Positions 16,740 through 27,181 of a stretch of DNA of 32,000 nt are shown here, piece by piece. The stretch lies in NCBI RefSeq assembly GCF_900083515.1, contig NZ_LT671858.1, forward strand, positions 930,001 through 962,000, read 5' to 3'. This stretch comes from Cuniculiplasma divulgatum (GTDB taxonomy: Archaea > Thermoplasmatota > Thermoplasmata > Thermoplasmatales > Thermoplasmataceae). Position 1 is the stretch's first letter, and each line of letters opens with the position of its first letter. The notes under the pieces were generated by a model. That model was given only the letters and a program-made list of their open reading frames with translations, searched no databases and was not told the DNA's origin. A program made the translations under genes and the position numbers.

Positions 16740-18500
16740 TCACTTCCTTCTTTTCTTAGTTGATAAATAAATGATTGAACCGAACATTGCCGCGGAAAAT
16801 ACCGTTAAAATTTCAACATATTGATATTTAAAATTACTAGTCCTAGGAGAAAGAGTAACATTTATAGATAATAATCTACCAGATGACAAAGTTATATTTT
16901 TAAAAAATTTGTAATATCCATTACCTATGGCCTTGATACTATAATTCCCTGGAAAGAGCGATAAATTGAAGACCTCTGATTGAAGAAGACCATTGTTATT
17001 GTATATCCATCCGGATACAGGGATAATCCTCCCTTTTAAGATCAGAGAAGAATACCATGGCGTCAAAATTATTTTAAGAAAGGCAAATTCATCGAATTTA
17101 ACAGGTATAATTATGCTACTTCCATTCAAATTTAAATGACCTATACGGCTTACTGGATAATACATAGTTGAGTTCCCTACTACATAAGAATATTCTCCCT
17201 TTTGAAGGTTGATTGAGAATTCAGATTGAGTTGTTAAAAATGTTTCCGTATTCCCATGCCCAGTTACATTTATGTACCAGTTATTATTACGAGGCAGGTT
17301 TATAGATCTAAATATGACAGTATATGTATTTTGTATCGTACCTATGGCAAACGCTGGCATTATATTACTAGGTGGGATCGTTCTTATGACGATCCATGAG
17401 TAATTTGCGTATCTTTCAAAGTATGATCCACCAATGCAGTACATAAAATTTGAATAATCTGAAGCATTAATTGATGGTGTATTAGTTCCAGAAAATACAA
17501 GATTGTTCAATGTTCCATATGCTAAATTTTTGTCAAGACTATCATTTATTCCAATTACATTATAACCATAGTTTATTAAGCCAGTGTTAATACTCGGTCC
17601 CCTATTTTCTGTTGCAAATGTAAATTCTGTCCCATTAACGAACCAAAAATTTGTTGAACTTTCTTCCTGACCTTTTAGTTTGTAGTCAAAGGACTGTCTT
17701 ATATTAGTATGCCCGTTCTTGGAAACTTGCATATTTGTAAGAATACCTGTATTATTACTATAAGTTCCAGAAACTTTTATTTTCGCATAGTGGGCAGTTT
17801 CACCGGAAATGTAAAGCCCGTCATTAACTGTGTAATTTGTATTCAAATTAACAAAGCCATTAGGCAATGAAGTTCCTGAAAAGTCCCATGCTCTGGGAAC
17901 TTTAGGCGTTCCAAATACAAGAGGAGCGTTGAAGAACGAAACACTATATCCAAGGAAGCTGTAATTTCCAAATAGAGATAAATTTTTAGGACCGATGTTA
18001 ATCCATATAGTAAGATTTAAGCTGAAAATTAGTCTGAGCCATATATTGGCGATATTCCCTATAATATTCATTATCCAAGCATAAATTTTTGACCCATTAC
18101 CATAAGTGAAATATAAATTGCTAAATTTCGAATTGATTTGAGGAATCTTTGATCTATTTAACTGAATAAGTTGCTGGTAAATATAGCCTTTTTGGAAATA
18201 TCGAATTGAACTATTAAAAGTGATGGGTACTGTGTAATTGCATTCCTTTTGATTGGACGAAATTTTAAAATTACTTACATTGACTGCACCAAAATTGGTT
18301 TTGTTATTAAAGTGAGTAATGTACTCTCGATTTTCAATTTTTGATGATAGATTTAAATTTTTTCCATGAACATTATAATAAACTGTAAAAGCAGAGAAAA
18401 TAAGAAGAAAAACTACTAATATAGAAAACACCCTTTTATTTTTCACACTAATGAAATACATAAAATTTATTACTCGTTTAACCATTTTTGAAACTACCAT
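16740..18500 (-). CDS. Sequon-rich exported surface protein with an N-terminal signal/anchor and a C-terminal TM segment plus basic tail (586 aa)
   Basis: N-terminal hydrophobic FSILVVFLLIFSAFTVYY. I count about 23 N-x-S/T sequons by hand. The C-terminus is VEILTVFSAAMFGSIIYLSTKKRRK. Its start overlaps the stop of the upstream gene (ATGGTAG). Confidence 0.75.
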   Translation of the reverse strand: MVVSKMVKRVINFMYFISVKNKRVFSILVVFLLIFSAFTVYYNVHGKNLNLSSKIENREYITHFNNKTNFGAVNVSNFKISSNQKECNYTVPITFNSSIRYFQKGYIYQQLIQLNRSKIPQINSKFSNLYFTYGNGSKIYAWIMNIIGNIANIWLRLIFSLNLTIWINIGPKNLSLFGNYSFLGYSVSFFNAPLVFGTPKVPRAWDFSGTSLPNGFVNLNTNYTVNDGLYISGETAHYAKIKVSGTYSNNTGILTNMQVSKNGHTNIRQSFDYKLKGQEESSTNFWFVNGTEFTFATENRGPSINTGLINYGYNVIGINDSLDKNLAYGTLNNLVFSGTNTPSINASDYSNFMYCIGGSYFERYANYSWIVIRTIPPSNIMPAFAIGTIQNTYTVIFRSINLPRNNNWYINVTGHGNTETFLTTQSEFSINLQKGEYSYVVGNSTMYYPVSRIGHLNLNGSSIIIPVKFDEFAFLKIILTPWYSSLILKGRIIPVSGWIYNNNGLLQSEVFNLSLFPGNYSIKAIGNGYYKFFKNITLSSGRLLSINVTLSPRTSNFKYQYVEILTVFSAAMFGSIIYLSTKKRRK

Positions 18501-20632
18501 TTATAAGATACCTCTTTTTCATTAATTCCTTTAAAAGCTATTTTTCCTGTAAATCCATTACTTTTTATAATGAAATAATAATACCCGGTATTCAAATTGA
18601 TATTGTTTATCACCTGATTAAAGGAAATATCATGACATTCTTTAGCTAAATTATTATGTATATTAATGTATTTTTCAGATACATCAGTTCCATTAAGCAT
18701 TACAGTTACAGATATATTACCGTATGATTCTGGATATGAAATAAAATTCAATGTGTCATTATAAGTTCCAGGATAATAGTTTGTTCCGCCGTACCACAAA
18801 GTTGAGCCAGCAGAGATGTTTGAAAAAATTAATGAATTACTTTTGGCAATATTTGCTGTTGGTGAATCTCCTAGAGTTACGCCAATATAACGATTCATTG
18901 GAATATACAATGCTGGTGGGTAAGTATAATTTCTTTCAAGAGCAATTGTCCCATTTGCCTCTGCCATAATCCCATATTTACCAGAAAGTAACATAATGTC
19001 CATTATCTGCACAATACTTTGGTATCCAGATTTTACAAACGAGACAGCATTAGTTATTGTCGAAATTGCATAATCCATGGGGACATAGACAATATGACCT
19101 CCGGAAGCGATAAATGGAAAAGTATTATTTACTGCATCTCTGAGTGTTATATTTAAAAACACCGGCGAAGGGGCACCCATGACAAATTGCCCAACGTGAT
19201 AGGGGCCACCAACTAAAGCTCTTGGATAAACTTCAGGTATGTTGTTAGGTGCCAAAACATAAGGATTTGATCTAGGTATCATTCCCGTTTCCTCCTTCAG
19301 ATATGTATATGTATTAAAATTGTCATATGGATTATCTCTATACCAATTAATATACCCATTGTCATTTACGTAAGGACTCCACGGCTGGAAAACAAGGGAA
19401 AAAAGAACCAAAAATATTAAAATAGATAGCACAGTTTTAGTTGTTTGGTTTGTTCTTACTCGATTGTAGATTTTCCTTAATCTCTTTTGTGGTATTGTTA
19501 GTTTGTAATCAGCATCATTTCGGCGAGATATAACATCAATGAGTCCAAGGAAGAGAAAAGGAACCAACATAGAAAGATACTGATCAGTATATATATCGGG
19601 AAAAAAGTAAATGGGATTTCTTGCTATAAACATTAACGCAGAAAATGGAATGAGAAAAAGAATCCATCTTTTAGAAAACAACGGCAGAAAAAAAAGTGGA
19701 GCTAGAATCATTACAAAGGTTATTGAAACACTACCTAGTTGATACGCTCCAGTGGAAGCGTTAGCATGAATTAAAGATGCAGATACATGACCACCTATAA
19801 AAGAAATACTATATCCAAAAATTAGAGCTGAAACTGAAAAAACAAAAAGCATTAAAAGGTAAATCAACTTTTTGTTGTCTGCATTTTTATTTCTCTTGTA
19901 AATATAGGATACTAGTTCATAAAAGGCAAAAAGGGCAACGAAAATACCGTATGGCCATTTGATTAGGGCGGTGATCATAAAAAAAGTTAACGATGCTTTT
20001 CGGTAACCATATAGGTAAAGCATATAAGATATAACAAAGAAAAATGGGAAGAAGGCTTGATTGTGTACATCAAACCAATTTATTCCAGCTATAGGAAAAT
20101 ATAAGAAATAAGATATGCTAATAAGAAGTGATAAAACTGGGGAAATGTTAAACTTACGAGAAATAAAGTAAAGAGGCAACGCAGTAGCCCATATAAAAAA
20201 CGTTTGAACAATCAGAATAATCTTAAGTCCTCCAAACAAAGATAATGGACTTAGGAAATAAGGGATAATCGAAACATAAAAAATATTATACAATAAAACT
20301 TTAAAAGTAGGGTTTGTGTGAAGAGGTAGCCAAATGCTTTCAGCGAAAGTGCCAAGATCAAAGACTGCACTGTAAACATGATAAAGCCTAAATAAAGCCA
20401 AATAAGACCAACCTGCAACATTTACTATGTAAACTACCACAAGTATTGATATATATCTAATATCTCTTTTATCGTTACAAAAAAGAAATCTTAATTTTCT
20501 AGATAGCGTGGAATTCATTTCTTTAATAAGAGACGTAATTAAATATATTATAAAATCTTTATCGCTATTACAAAAATTATGTATACAATCATAAGAAAAC
20601 CTTTTTATAAACCTCAATGGTTTGTTTAACAA
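18494..20632 (-). CDS. Polytopic membrane protein resembling DUF2079 (GT-C-like putative glycosyltransferase) with a ~300-aa extracytoplasmic C-terminal domain (712 aa)
   Basis: At least 10 hydrophobic segments. Blocks AVFDLGTFAESIW, ILIVQTFFIWATALPLYFISRKF, YFLYFPIAGINWFDVHNQAFFPF and ALIKWPYG match my recollection of the DUF2079 consensus. The start may instead be Met39 (nt 20518). Confidence 0.65.
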   Translation of the reverse strand: MLNKPLRFIKRFSYDCIHNFCNSDKDFIIYLITSLIKEMNSTLSRKLRFLFCNDKRDIRYISILVVVYIVNVAGWSYLALFRLYHVYSAVFDLGTFAESIWLPLHTNPTFKVLLYNIFYVSIIPYFLSPLSLFGGLKIILIVQTFFIWATALPLYFISRKFNISPVLSLLISISYFLYFPIAGINWFDVHNQAFFPFFFVISYMLYLYGYRKASLTFFMITALIKWPYGIFVALFAFYELVSYIYKRNKNADNKKLIYLLMLFVFSVSALIFGYSISFIGGHVSASLIHANASTGAYQLGSVSITFVMILAPLFFLPLFSKRWILFLIPFSALMFIARNPIYFFPDIYTDQYLSMLVPFLFLGLIDVISRRNDADYKLTIPQKRLRKIYNRVRTNQTTKTVLSILIFLVLFSLVFQPWSPYVNDNGYINWYRDNPYDNFNTYTYLKEETGMIPRSNPYVLAPNNIPEVYPRALVGGPYHVGQFVMGAPSPVFLNITLRDAVNNTFPFIASGGHIVYVPMDYAISTITNAVSFVKSGYQSIVQIMDIMLLSGKYGIMAEANGTIALERNYTYPPALYIPMNRYIGVTLGDSPTANIAKSNSLIFSNISAGSTLWYGGTNYYPGTYNDTLNFISYPESYGNISVTVMLNGTDVSEKYINIHNNLAKECHDISFNQVINNINLNTGYYYFIIKSNGFTGKIAFKGINEKEVSYKW

Positions 20633-21623
20633 TGGATTCGGGCCGTAGGCACAATACGTCTTTGTATGCTTTAATTAAATCAATATTTCTCCACTCTTCA
20701 TTCTCTATAACACTTTTGAGATTATTTTGATCCCAGAGACATGTGTTTCCCTTTGTTATATTTGGAATATCTCCTTTAAAACATAAAACAGGAATTTTCA
20801 ATGCCTTGGCTTTTGCAATAGGTATTCCAAAACCTTCAAACTCAGACGTAGAAAGATAAACATCAAATTTTGCCATAACTTCAGCTGCTTCTGAATCTTG
20901 AAGGAAGCCATAATATTTTATCCTTGGATCGTCGTTAATTTGATCTCCGAACGGAAATCCTGAACCATATATATGAAGTTCTAGTTCCATTGATTTAATT
21001 TTCTTGAAAGTTTCTATAAATTTTAATAGCATCCGTGATTTATTCCAGTTGAAATTGTTCACATAACCTATGACTACTTTACTGTTTTTTTTATCATTTA
21101 ACTTAGATGAGAAATATTGTTCTTCAATTATTGGACCTTGAACTGTTATCTTTTCCTTTTTTATAGCATAACAATCCTCTAATCTGTTAGAAATTTCATC
21201 GGTTCTTGCGAAGATGTGGTCATATGTTGGAATAAAATCAAAGCACTTTCTTTTAAATAAATTATCAATTCTTAAAAGAAAACTTTGATCAAATTTTTTG
21301 ATAAACGGATAAAAATCATGAACAGTAACTATTCTTCGTTCTGAATATTTTGAAAAATTTATTAATGGAACTGTACCGCACAGATCATTTGGGTGCATTA
21401 CATGAATGTATTTTTTTTCTATAAATTGCTTTGATTTGAAAAGAAAGAGATTCCTTGCTAAAAATCTAGAAATACCTGGAAAATAATTATTTGAAGCTTG
21501 ATATATGTCCAAACTATCTATGTCAATTAGTTTCGAAAGATCTTCTCTAAATGTATAATTCATATCTGGAACTCCTTCTCCATTCCTAGCGAATGACGTC
21601 CCAACAAGTAGTATTTTATTCAT
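20589..21623 (-). CDS. Glycosyltransferase family 4 (GT-B), 344 aa
   Basis: C-terminal STSEFEGFGIPIAKAKALKIPVLCF (an E-x7-E-type region, second acidic residue replaced). Its start overlaps the stop of the upstream GT4 gene (ATGAATAA). Confidence 0.75.
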   Translation of the reverse strand: MNKILLVGTSFARNGEGVPDMNYTFREDLSKLIDIDSLDIYQASNNYFPGISRFLARNLFLFKSKQFIEKKYIHVMHPNDLCGTVPLINFSKYSERRIVTVHDFYPFIKKFDQSFLLRIDNLFKRKCFDFIPTYDHIFARTDEISNRLEDCYAIKKEKITVQGPIIEEQYFSSKLNDKKNSKVVIGYVNNFNWNKSRMLLKFIETFKKIKSMELELHIYGSGFPFGDQINDDPRIKYYGFLQDSEAAEVMAKFDVYLSTSEFEGFGIPIAKAKALKIPVLCFKGDIPNITKGNTCLWDQNNLKSVIENEEWRNIDLIKAYKDVLCLRPESIVKQTIEVYKKVFL

Positions 21624-22818
21624 GAAAACTCACTTTGTATTCTTCTGCAATTCTACTGAAAAATATAAGTTGCTGTTTCGCTATAAAGTTATATGAATAA
21701 CTGTCAACACATTCCTTTGCCTTCATCGTCTTTTCCATAACGGTTCCATAATTATCAAGTATCTGCTTGACGGTATCTGCACAGAGTTGAATGTTTCCAA
21801 CCTTGACGGGAAAATAGTTACCCCTGAGATAATAATACGCTGGAAGTGAATATGCCACAACTGGAGTGCCCATACTTGCAGCTTCCATAACACTTATTGC
21901 CCAACCCTCTTCATAACTTAGAAAAAGAAAAACTTTGGAATTTCTAAGTAACTCATACTTTTCGTTTTCTAATATAAAACCTTTTAATATTATGTTTTTT
22001 GCAAGGTCTAATTTCTTAATTATTTTTTTAATTTTGTTAACATACTTTTCTTCACCTCTTCCAGCTAGAATTACTTTAAGAGGCATAGAATATTTTTTGA
22101 TCAAAATTTCTACCACCTTGATAATATCCATAACGCCCTTATGATTTTCGATTCTCCCGATATAAGTAATATCATAAAGACCTCGAGGCTTTTCAAGTGG
22201 CGGTTGACTGTTTACTACTTTTGGAATCGCATCAAAATCTGGGAATACTTTCATACTATGCTTGGTTAATGTTCTTGGGTTGTCCAAAAAAATAGGAATT
22301 TTAAAATGATTAAGAAAAGCAAGTAGCACTGTAATATACGATACATTTAAGAAAACTCTAAATGTTCCACGTCTATAAGGATGAATTAAAATACTTGGAG
22401 TTATATGATGAATATAGACTGTTAAAGGCCTTTTATATTTATGTGACAATCGAAATGCCAAAATGAAATCCATTGGATAGGGCGAGACAGACAGAATAAT
22501 ATCATTTTTACTTATATCACTGAATTTATCCGCTCTCAAGAACATTGCTTTAATAGTTGCCCTAAAAACTGATAAAAAAGAAAATTCTTCTCCCATTATA
22601 GATTTTACAGAGGATATTTTTATACCAGATGATTCCCAGCATGGAATTAGATTTTTAAAATGAATATTACCACCTCCACTTGAGTGATATTTAAATCCTA
22701 CCAAACCTATCCTATTTATACCATTTATTTTCTCATTGGGAGGTTCTAATTCTTTTGATTTGGATATTTTCTCTCTCATTAAATTTTGATATTGGATCGA
22801 TAACAAAAACCTTTCCAA
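21616..22818 (-). CDS. Glycosyltransferase family 4 (GT-B), 400 aa
   Basis: LSYEEGWAISVMEAASMGTPVVAY (E-x7-E motif), preceded by a YIGRIENHKG-type Rossmann start. The true start may be Met14. Confidence 0.8.
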   Translation of the reverse strand: MERFLLSIQYQNLMREKISKSKELEPPNEKINGINRIGLVGFKYHSSGGGNIHFKNLIPCWESSGIKISSVKSIMGEEFSFLSVFRATIKAMFLRADKFSDISKNDIILSVSPYPMDFILAFRLSHKYKRPLTVYIHHITPSILIHPYRRGTFRVFLNVSYITVLLAFLNHFKIPIFLDNPRTLTKHSMKVFPDFDAIPKVVNSQPPLEKPRGLYDITYIGRIENHKGVMDIIKVVEILIKKYSMPLKVILAGRGEEKYVNKIKKIIKKLDLAKNIILKGFILENEKYELLRNSKVFLFLSYEEGWAISVMEAASMGTPVVAYSLPAYYYLRGNYFPVKVGNIQLCADTVKQILDNYGTVMEKTMKAKECVDSYSYNFIAKQQLIFFSRIAEEYKVSFHE

Positions 22819-23089
22819 TTAATATACGTGCCTCATTTGCGCTTGCCCGCCATGATAATCGCATATACTCTATTTTATACTTTTTAAAAACTATTCCAAA
22901 TGCACTATCTTATACCTGAAACGACCTAATAATAATAGAGGTTTTCTAAATTTCCATCTCTTTTCTACGTATATAACAAAACGTAACTTGATTAATAGAA
23001 AATATAACAATTTCAACCATTTACTTTCAGAATTATACTTTTTTTCCTCTACTTCTCCTTAAATTTTCTTTAAAAATTGATAGCTCACA

Positions 23090-23946
23090 CTATCCATTAG
23101 TTATCTTCAACCCATGTATATTATAAGCAAAACATGCAAACATGACCTTTACTCTTACTCTACGTATAAGGGTAACCATTATATGTGAAAAATGGAATAC
23201 CCTATTAATAATAGAATATGGACATTCAACAAGTGATCCTTTGTACCATCTATTCCCCTTGGATAATGTCCAAAGTATCCCTTATCCCTGTATACTGTTA
23301 TTCCTCTTTTGGAATATCAATGGTTGTGTCATGATCCTTTACTGTTGACACAGCATAGGATCTTATCATTGGAACAGGAATGTTATCATCAACAATGGTA
23401 TGACCCTTATATCCAAAAAATTTTTTACTGTTATTCTTTGTGAATGAACCATCCTTTGATCTTCTTGTTTTACCTTCTGATCTTGTTTCTTCATGTTTCA
23501 CATGTCCAAGATCTGATGTGATGAATGTTGCATCCTGTGCTGATCCCTTCTTTACCCTTATTCCTTTCAGTTCAAGCTGTCTCTGTAATTCATTCCATAT
23601 GATCCGTTCCTTTCCTGCTTTTGATAATCTTTCTATGAATAACCATATGGTTCTTGCATCAGGATACTGATCAGGATAGTCAAGAAAGTTCATGAATGAT
23701 ATTCTATCCATTATGAGTGTCTCTGCCTGTTCATAAACCATGTTGAACATGCTCTGTAAGAACAGTACTTTCACCATGGTTTTTACAGGTATCATTATGA
23801 TACAGATCATTCAATAATAGTGTGAATGCATCCCAGTCTATGGCATTCTTTACAAATATTAATGGATCATTTATCTTCATTGAGTTGTATTTTCCTTTAA
23901 TTGCATGATCAAGTAAATCACTCATACAGTAACATGCGTGTTTCAT
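23090..23946 (-). pseudogene. IS5-family (DUF772 N-terminus + DDE_Tnp_1) transposase gene broken by at least three frameshifts
   Basis: Four frame segments on the minus strand. (1) ..LIFVKNAIDWDAFTLLLNDLY.. (2) ..MVKVLFLQSMFNMVYEQAETLIMDRISFMNFL...GSAQDATFITSD...AVSTVKDHD.. (3) VYRDKGYFG (the second D). (4) NRWYKGSLVECPYSIINRVF...RVRVKVMFACFAYNIHGL, stopping at 23090-23092. Confidence 0.65.
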
Positions 23947-24092
23947 GAATAAATGTTACGGTGTTTGTTGGGAGGTTATTAGAAATCCTCAATAGTATAT
24001 TATATGTGATATATATATATTAATGGTACGGGTCAGCCACAAATATCAGTACACATAAAAGATTTTATTCCTTACAATCATAACCTCATTGG

Positions 24093-24914
24093 ATGATTTC
24101 GATAGAGCTTATATCTAAAGGCGAGCAATCATTAATTGAAGTATTAGAATCAATCAAAAATCAATCTTATAGGGACTATGAGATAATATGTGCTAATAGT
24201 TCAAATAATATTAATATAAAAAAAATGCTACTAGAATATAATTGTAAGGTAATAGATTTGCCTACTAATTCGCTTGCTTTATTTGCCAGATATATTGCTC
24301 ATAAGTGTGCAAATGGAGATAGATCATTATTATTAGATAGCACCCGACCTTTACGAAACAATGCTTTGGAATTATTATACAAAAACTATTATAATCATGA
24401 TATGGTTATTTTAAGGGAGGACAGTTTAGGTAAAGGTTTTTGGGTTAATCAAGCTAAAATGTTGAGGTATATAAGTGAATTGCAGCTTAGTAGATTAAAT
24501 AAAGAATCACTTGCATTTTTATTACCTAGGTTTTACAGCTCAAAACTGCTGTCAGAAGCTTTTAATGCTATAATAAAAAATTCTGGAAAGCTGTTTGATC
24601 AAATTAGTTACGGTGAGCATCATATCATATTTGACGAATGCAAGAAATTATCAGATAAGTTAGAAGTTACATCTGAGATATTACTTTCTCATTATGAAGA
24701 CTCTTCGTTAAAAAAAATAATTAGAAAATATTACTGGTATGGAAAGTCACAAAGAACATTAAGAGGTTTAAGTGGAAGTGCAGCTAGTAAATTATCAACA
24801 CACCATAGAAGAAATGTAAAATTTAGTATGAGATTGAAAACCATACCGATAAATTCAGCCCGAAGCATACCATTCATTTTAGGATACATATTTGGAAGGG
24901 ATAAAGATAAATAG
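24093..24914 (+). CDS. Divergent glycosyltransferase family-2-like protein (273 aa)
   Basis: The N-terminus ISIELISKGEQSLIEVLESIKNQSYRDYEIICANSS resembles the GT2 start (..NQ(S/T)Y.d.EIIvvDD.S) but lacks the acidic pair. The rest is unassigned. Confidence 0.45.
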   Translation: MISIELISKGEQSLIEVLESIKNQSYRDYEIICANSSNNINIKKMLLEYNCKVIDLPTNSLALFARYIAHKCANGDRSLLLDSTRPLRNNALELLYKNYYNHDMVILREDSLGKGFWVNQAKMLRYISELQLSRLNKESLAFLLPRFYSSKLLSEAFNAIIKNSGKLFDQISYGEHHIIFDECKKLSDKLEVTSEILLSHYEDSSLKKIIRKYYWYGKSQRTLRGLSGSAASKLSTHHRRNVKFSMRLKTIPINSARSIPFILGYIFGRDKDK

Positions 24915-24959
24915 TACACCTTTCATTATTAATCTAAACCTAAAAAGTTCATGTACGTA

Positions 24960-25740
24960 ATCTACTCGTTTCAAATATTATCATTGATCAACTTATAATG
25001 CATTTTAACGTGTTATACTCCACATAAATTTCTCAGCAAATTTTCTACAATTTTGAACTAATAGGTACTCATTCTTTATTGCTTTTAATATTCTATCACC
25101 AAATTCATTAATATCACCTACAAGAACCCATCAAAACCATTCCTAATCTTATAAACCAGACTTGAAACCTTATATGCCACTCTGGGCGTTCAAGAATCCG
25201 CGGAGTATTTTATAGACAAAACCTGCTTTAGGTAACTAAAAAATGTAAATTTATCCCTCATTCTCTTATTAGTTTTGCTAATTCTTCCTGAATCACCTTT
25301 TCTACAAAATAAATATTAGAATTTTTAATCATCGTTTCCACTTTTATTTAATCTCATATTAGTTCCTCAACAGTGGCTACGTATTTCAAATTGATAATCT
25401 TAGTAAAGTGGCGTGTCTCATATTTCATCAACTAACGATTTTCTTAATCTCCCTTGACTTTTCCCTGATAATATATTTGATATTACCATGTGATTGTGTG
25501 AAATTATCCAAAGGCCAATTGCTTAATCAAATGATCTGTTACGTGTATACCATATATTCTCACGATATAATATTGCCTCTAATATGGACAATGTGTGTTA
25601 TTTTTCCTATCTCAAGGGATAAAGACAAGCATGTTCCTTTCCAATACTTCTTCTTATATTTCTGTTAACTGTTAATGTACCAGATCTGATGCCCATTTTT
25701 TATTCCTGTCAGTTACCGGCATGGAATGTGTATTATCAAA
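24960..25740 (-). pseudogene. Decayed paralogue of the GT4 glycosyltransferase gene at 30144-31220 (several in-frame stops and frameshifts); bounds approximate
   Basis: Minus-strand pieces align with the intact gene. KNSNIYFVEKVIQEELAKLIRE*GINLHFLVT*SRFCL* matches KNYNIFFTGRVDQDELAGLIKKSWVNLHFSITEGWGLS. SADS*TPRVAYKVSSLVYKIRNGFDGFL/VGDINEFGDRILKAIKNEYLLVQNCRKFAEKFMW matches SASGTPTVAFRVPGVIDTLKDNLNGFLVDDISEFSNKILYIIKNENLFINNSRKFAENFTW. Confidence 0.75.
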
Positions 25741-26416
25741 AAAAATTAATCATATATTTCTCATGCATCATATGCTGAATTAGCAAGTATGTATGACAAG
25801 TTTCTAACAGATTCACTGAGATTATGTGAAACTCTTGCATATTGTAGTATATTTCTCTATGTTTTATCGAACATCTGTATTGCATATCACGAAATGTGAG
25901 ACCCTCATTTACAATAAAAAATTAGTCAACTTTTCAATGATTCTTTAAGAAGAATTATGGGGTTATGCAACAGGGGAAACATAATATCATTACTAAATAA
26001 ATTCTGAATAGCAATTTTTATGTTTAAAAACTGATCTATAACGGTTTTTTGTGGGTTGAAACACATAGGAAAATATTGAAAGCTATCACGAAGATTTATA
26101 CTCTGACTATATATGCTCAGTTCTATAGTAAAATATTTTCTCTTTTGGAAATTTAGAAAAGAATTTTCAATTTTGACCTATTAATAAAACCTCATTATTT
26201 CGTAATGTAAAGCTGTCTTAATTTAATCAAAGACTTTGAATAGTGCTAGAATATAGCTTTTATTTCTAATTCTCTCTTTCACATTCCATAAGATCTGTTT
26301 AGATATCCTCTTGTCCTTAATATCTCAATATGGAATAATCAAACTTAGGCGCAGAATAGTTTTTACATAATTTCTACATTTCATTACTTCAATCTAATTT
26401 TTTTTAAAATTAAATA

Positions 26417-27181
26417 TTAGGCAGTTATGTTTGGCTTAAAGAAAAGGCCTACAACCAACTCATCAGACTTAGAAATATCGATACCGGATGATATTTTCGC
26501 AAGTCCCGGATTCTCTCCCGTACTTTTAAATGCTTTCCATAAACGATAAGCATCGGTTGGATGTAGAACTACCTTTTTAAATGCATTTAAGATATATTCG
26601 TTTCTCTCAACCCGCTTGAACTCAAAACCCTGACTACTCATATAAGGAATGAGTTCACTTGAGAAACCATCATGAATTTGAATGGCAAGATAATCAAAGT
26701 TTTTGATTATATCGATGCTTAATGGAATTACAAATCGTTCTGCCCCCTCGATATCCATCTTCATATAATGGATTGAATTTACTGGAACTTTGAGATTTTC
26801 AATAATATTTTGTAACGTATCTGCTTTGGATTCGAAATTTTTTCCCTTAAATGAAAGAGAGAGTTTTTCCTTTTTATCTGAGACTGCACTATTTATTGGT
26901 ATAACGTTGCCACATTTATTTTTCTTTATATTGTACTGTAATGTTTTAAAATCCTCTGGAGAGGGCTCTATTGCAATTACCTTGCCTTCATTCCCGACAA
27001 TTTTCGAAGCTATTACTGCAAATTCACCAATACCCGCACCTACATCCACCACAATACCTCCTTTCTTAATTTTTTGGATTCTGTATACATTTAACACATA
27101 ACTTTCTATAATAGCAGCTAAGTCATGAGGGTCGTTATACTGCAGATTGAAATTACCAAATTTTATTCTGGAATCACTCAT
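26417..27181 (-). CDS. FkbM-family SAM-dependent methyltransferase (254 aa)
   Basis: VVDVGAGIGEFAVIASKIVGNEGKVIAIEPSPEDF and MKMDIEGAERFV. Confidence 0.85.
   Translation of the reverse strand: MSDSRIKFGNFNLQYNDPHDLAAIIESYVLNVYRIQKIKKGGIVVDVGAGIGEFAVIASKIVGNEGKVIAIEPSPEDFKTLQYNIKKNKCGNVIPINSAVSDKKEKLSLSFKGKNFESKADTLQNIIENLKVPVNSIHYMKMDIEGAERFVIPLSIDIIKNFDYLAIQIHDGFSSELIPYMSSQGFEFKRVERNEYILNAFKKVVLHPTDAYRLWKAFKSTGENPGLAKISSGIDISKSDELVVGLFFKPNITA

Noticed and set aside
22938-23988. Possible terminal inverted repeats of the IS5-like element (gaggttttctaaatttcc at 22938-22955 versus ggaggttattagaaatcc at 23971-23988).
   Set aside because: Only a ~10-nt imperfect match (ggNtttctaa), which is easily produced by chance in AT-rich sequence. 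I saw no flanking target duplication, so the element boundaries are left undefined.
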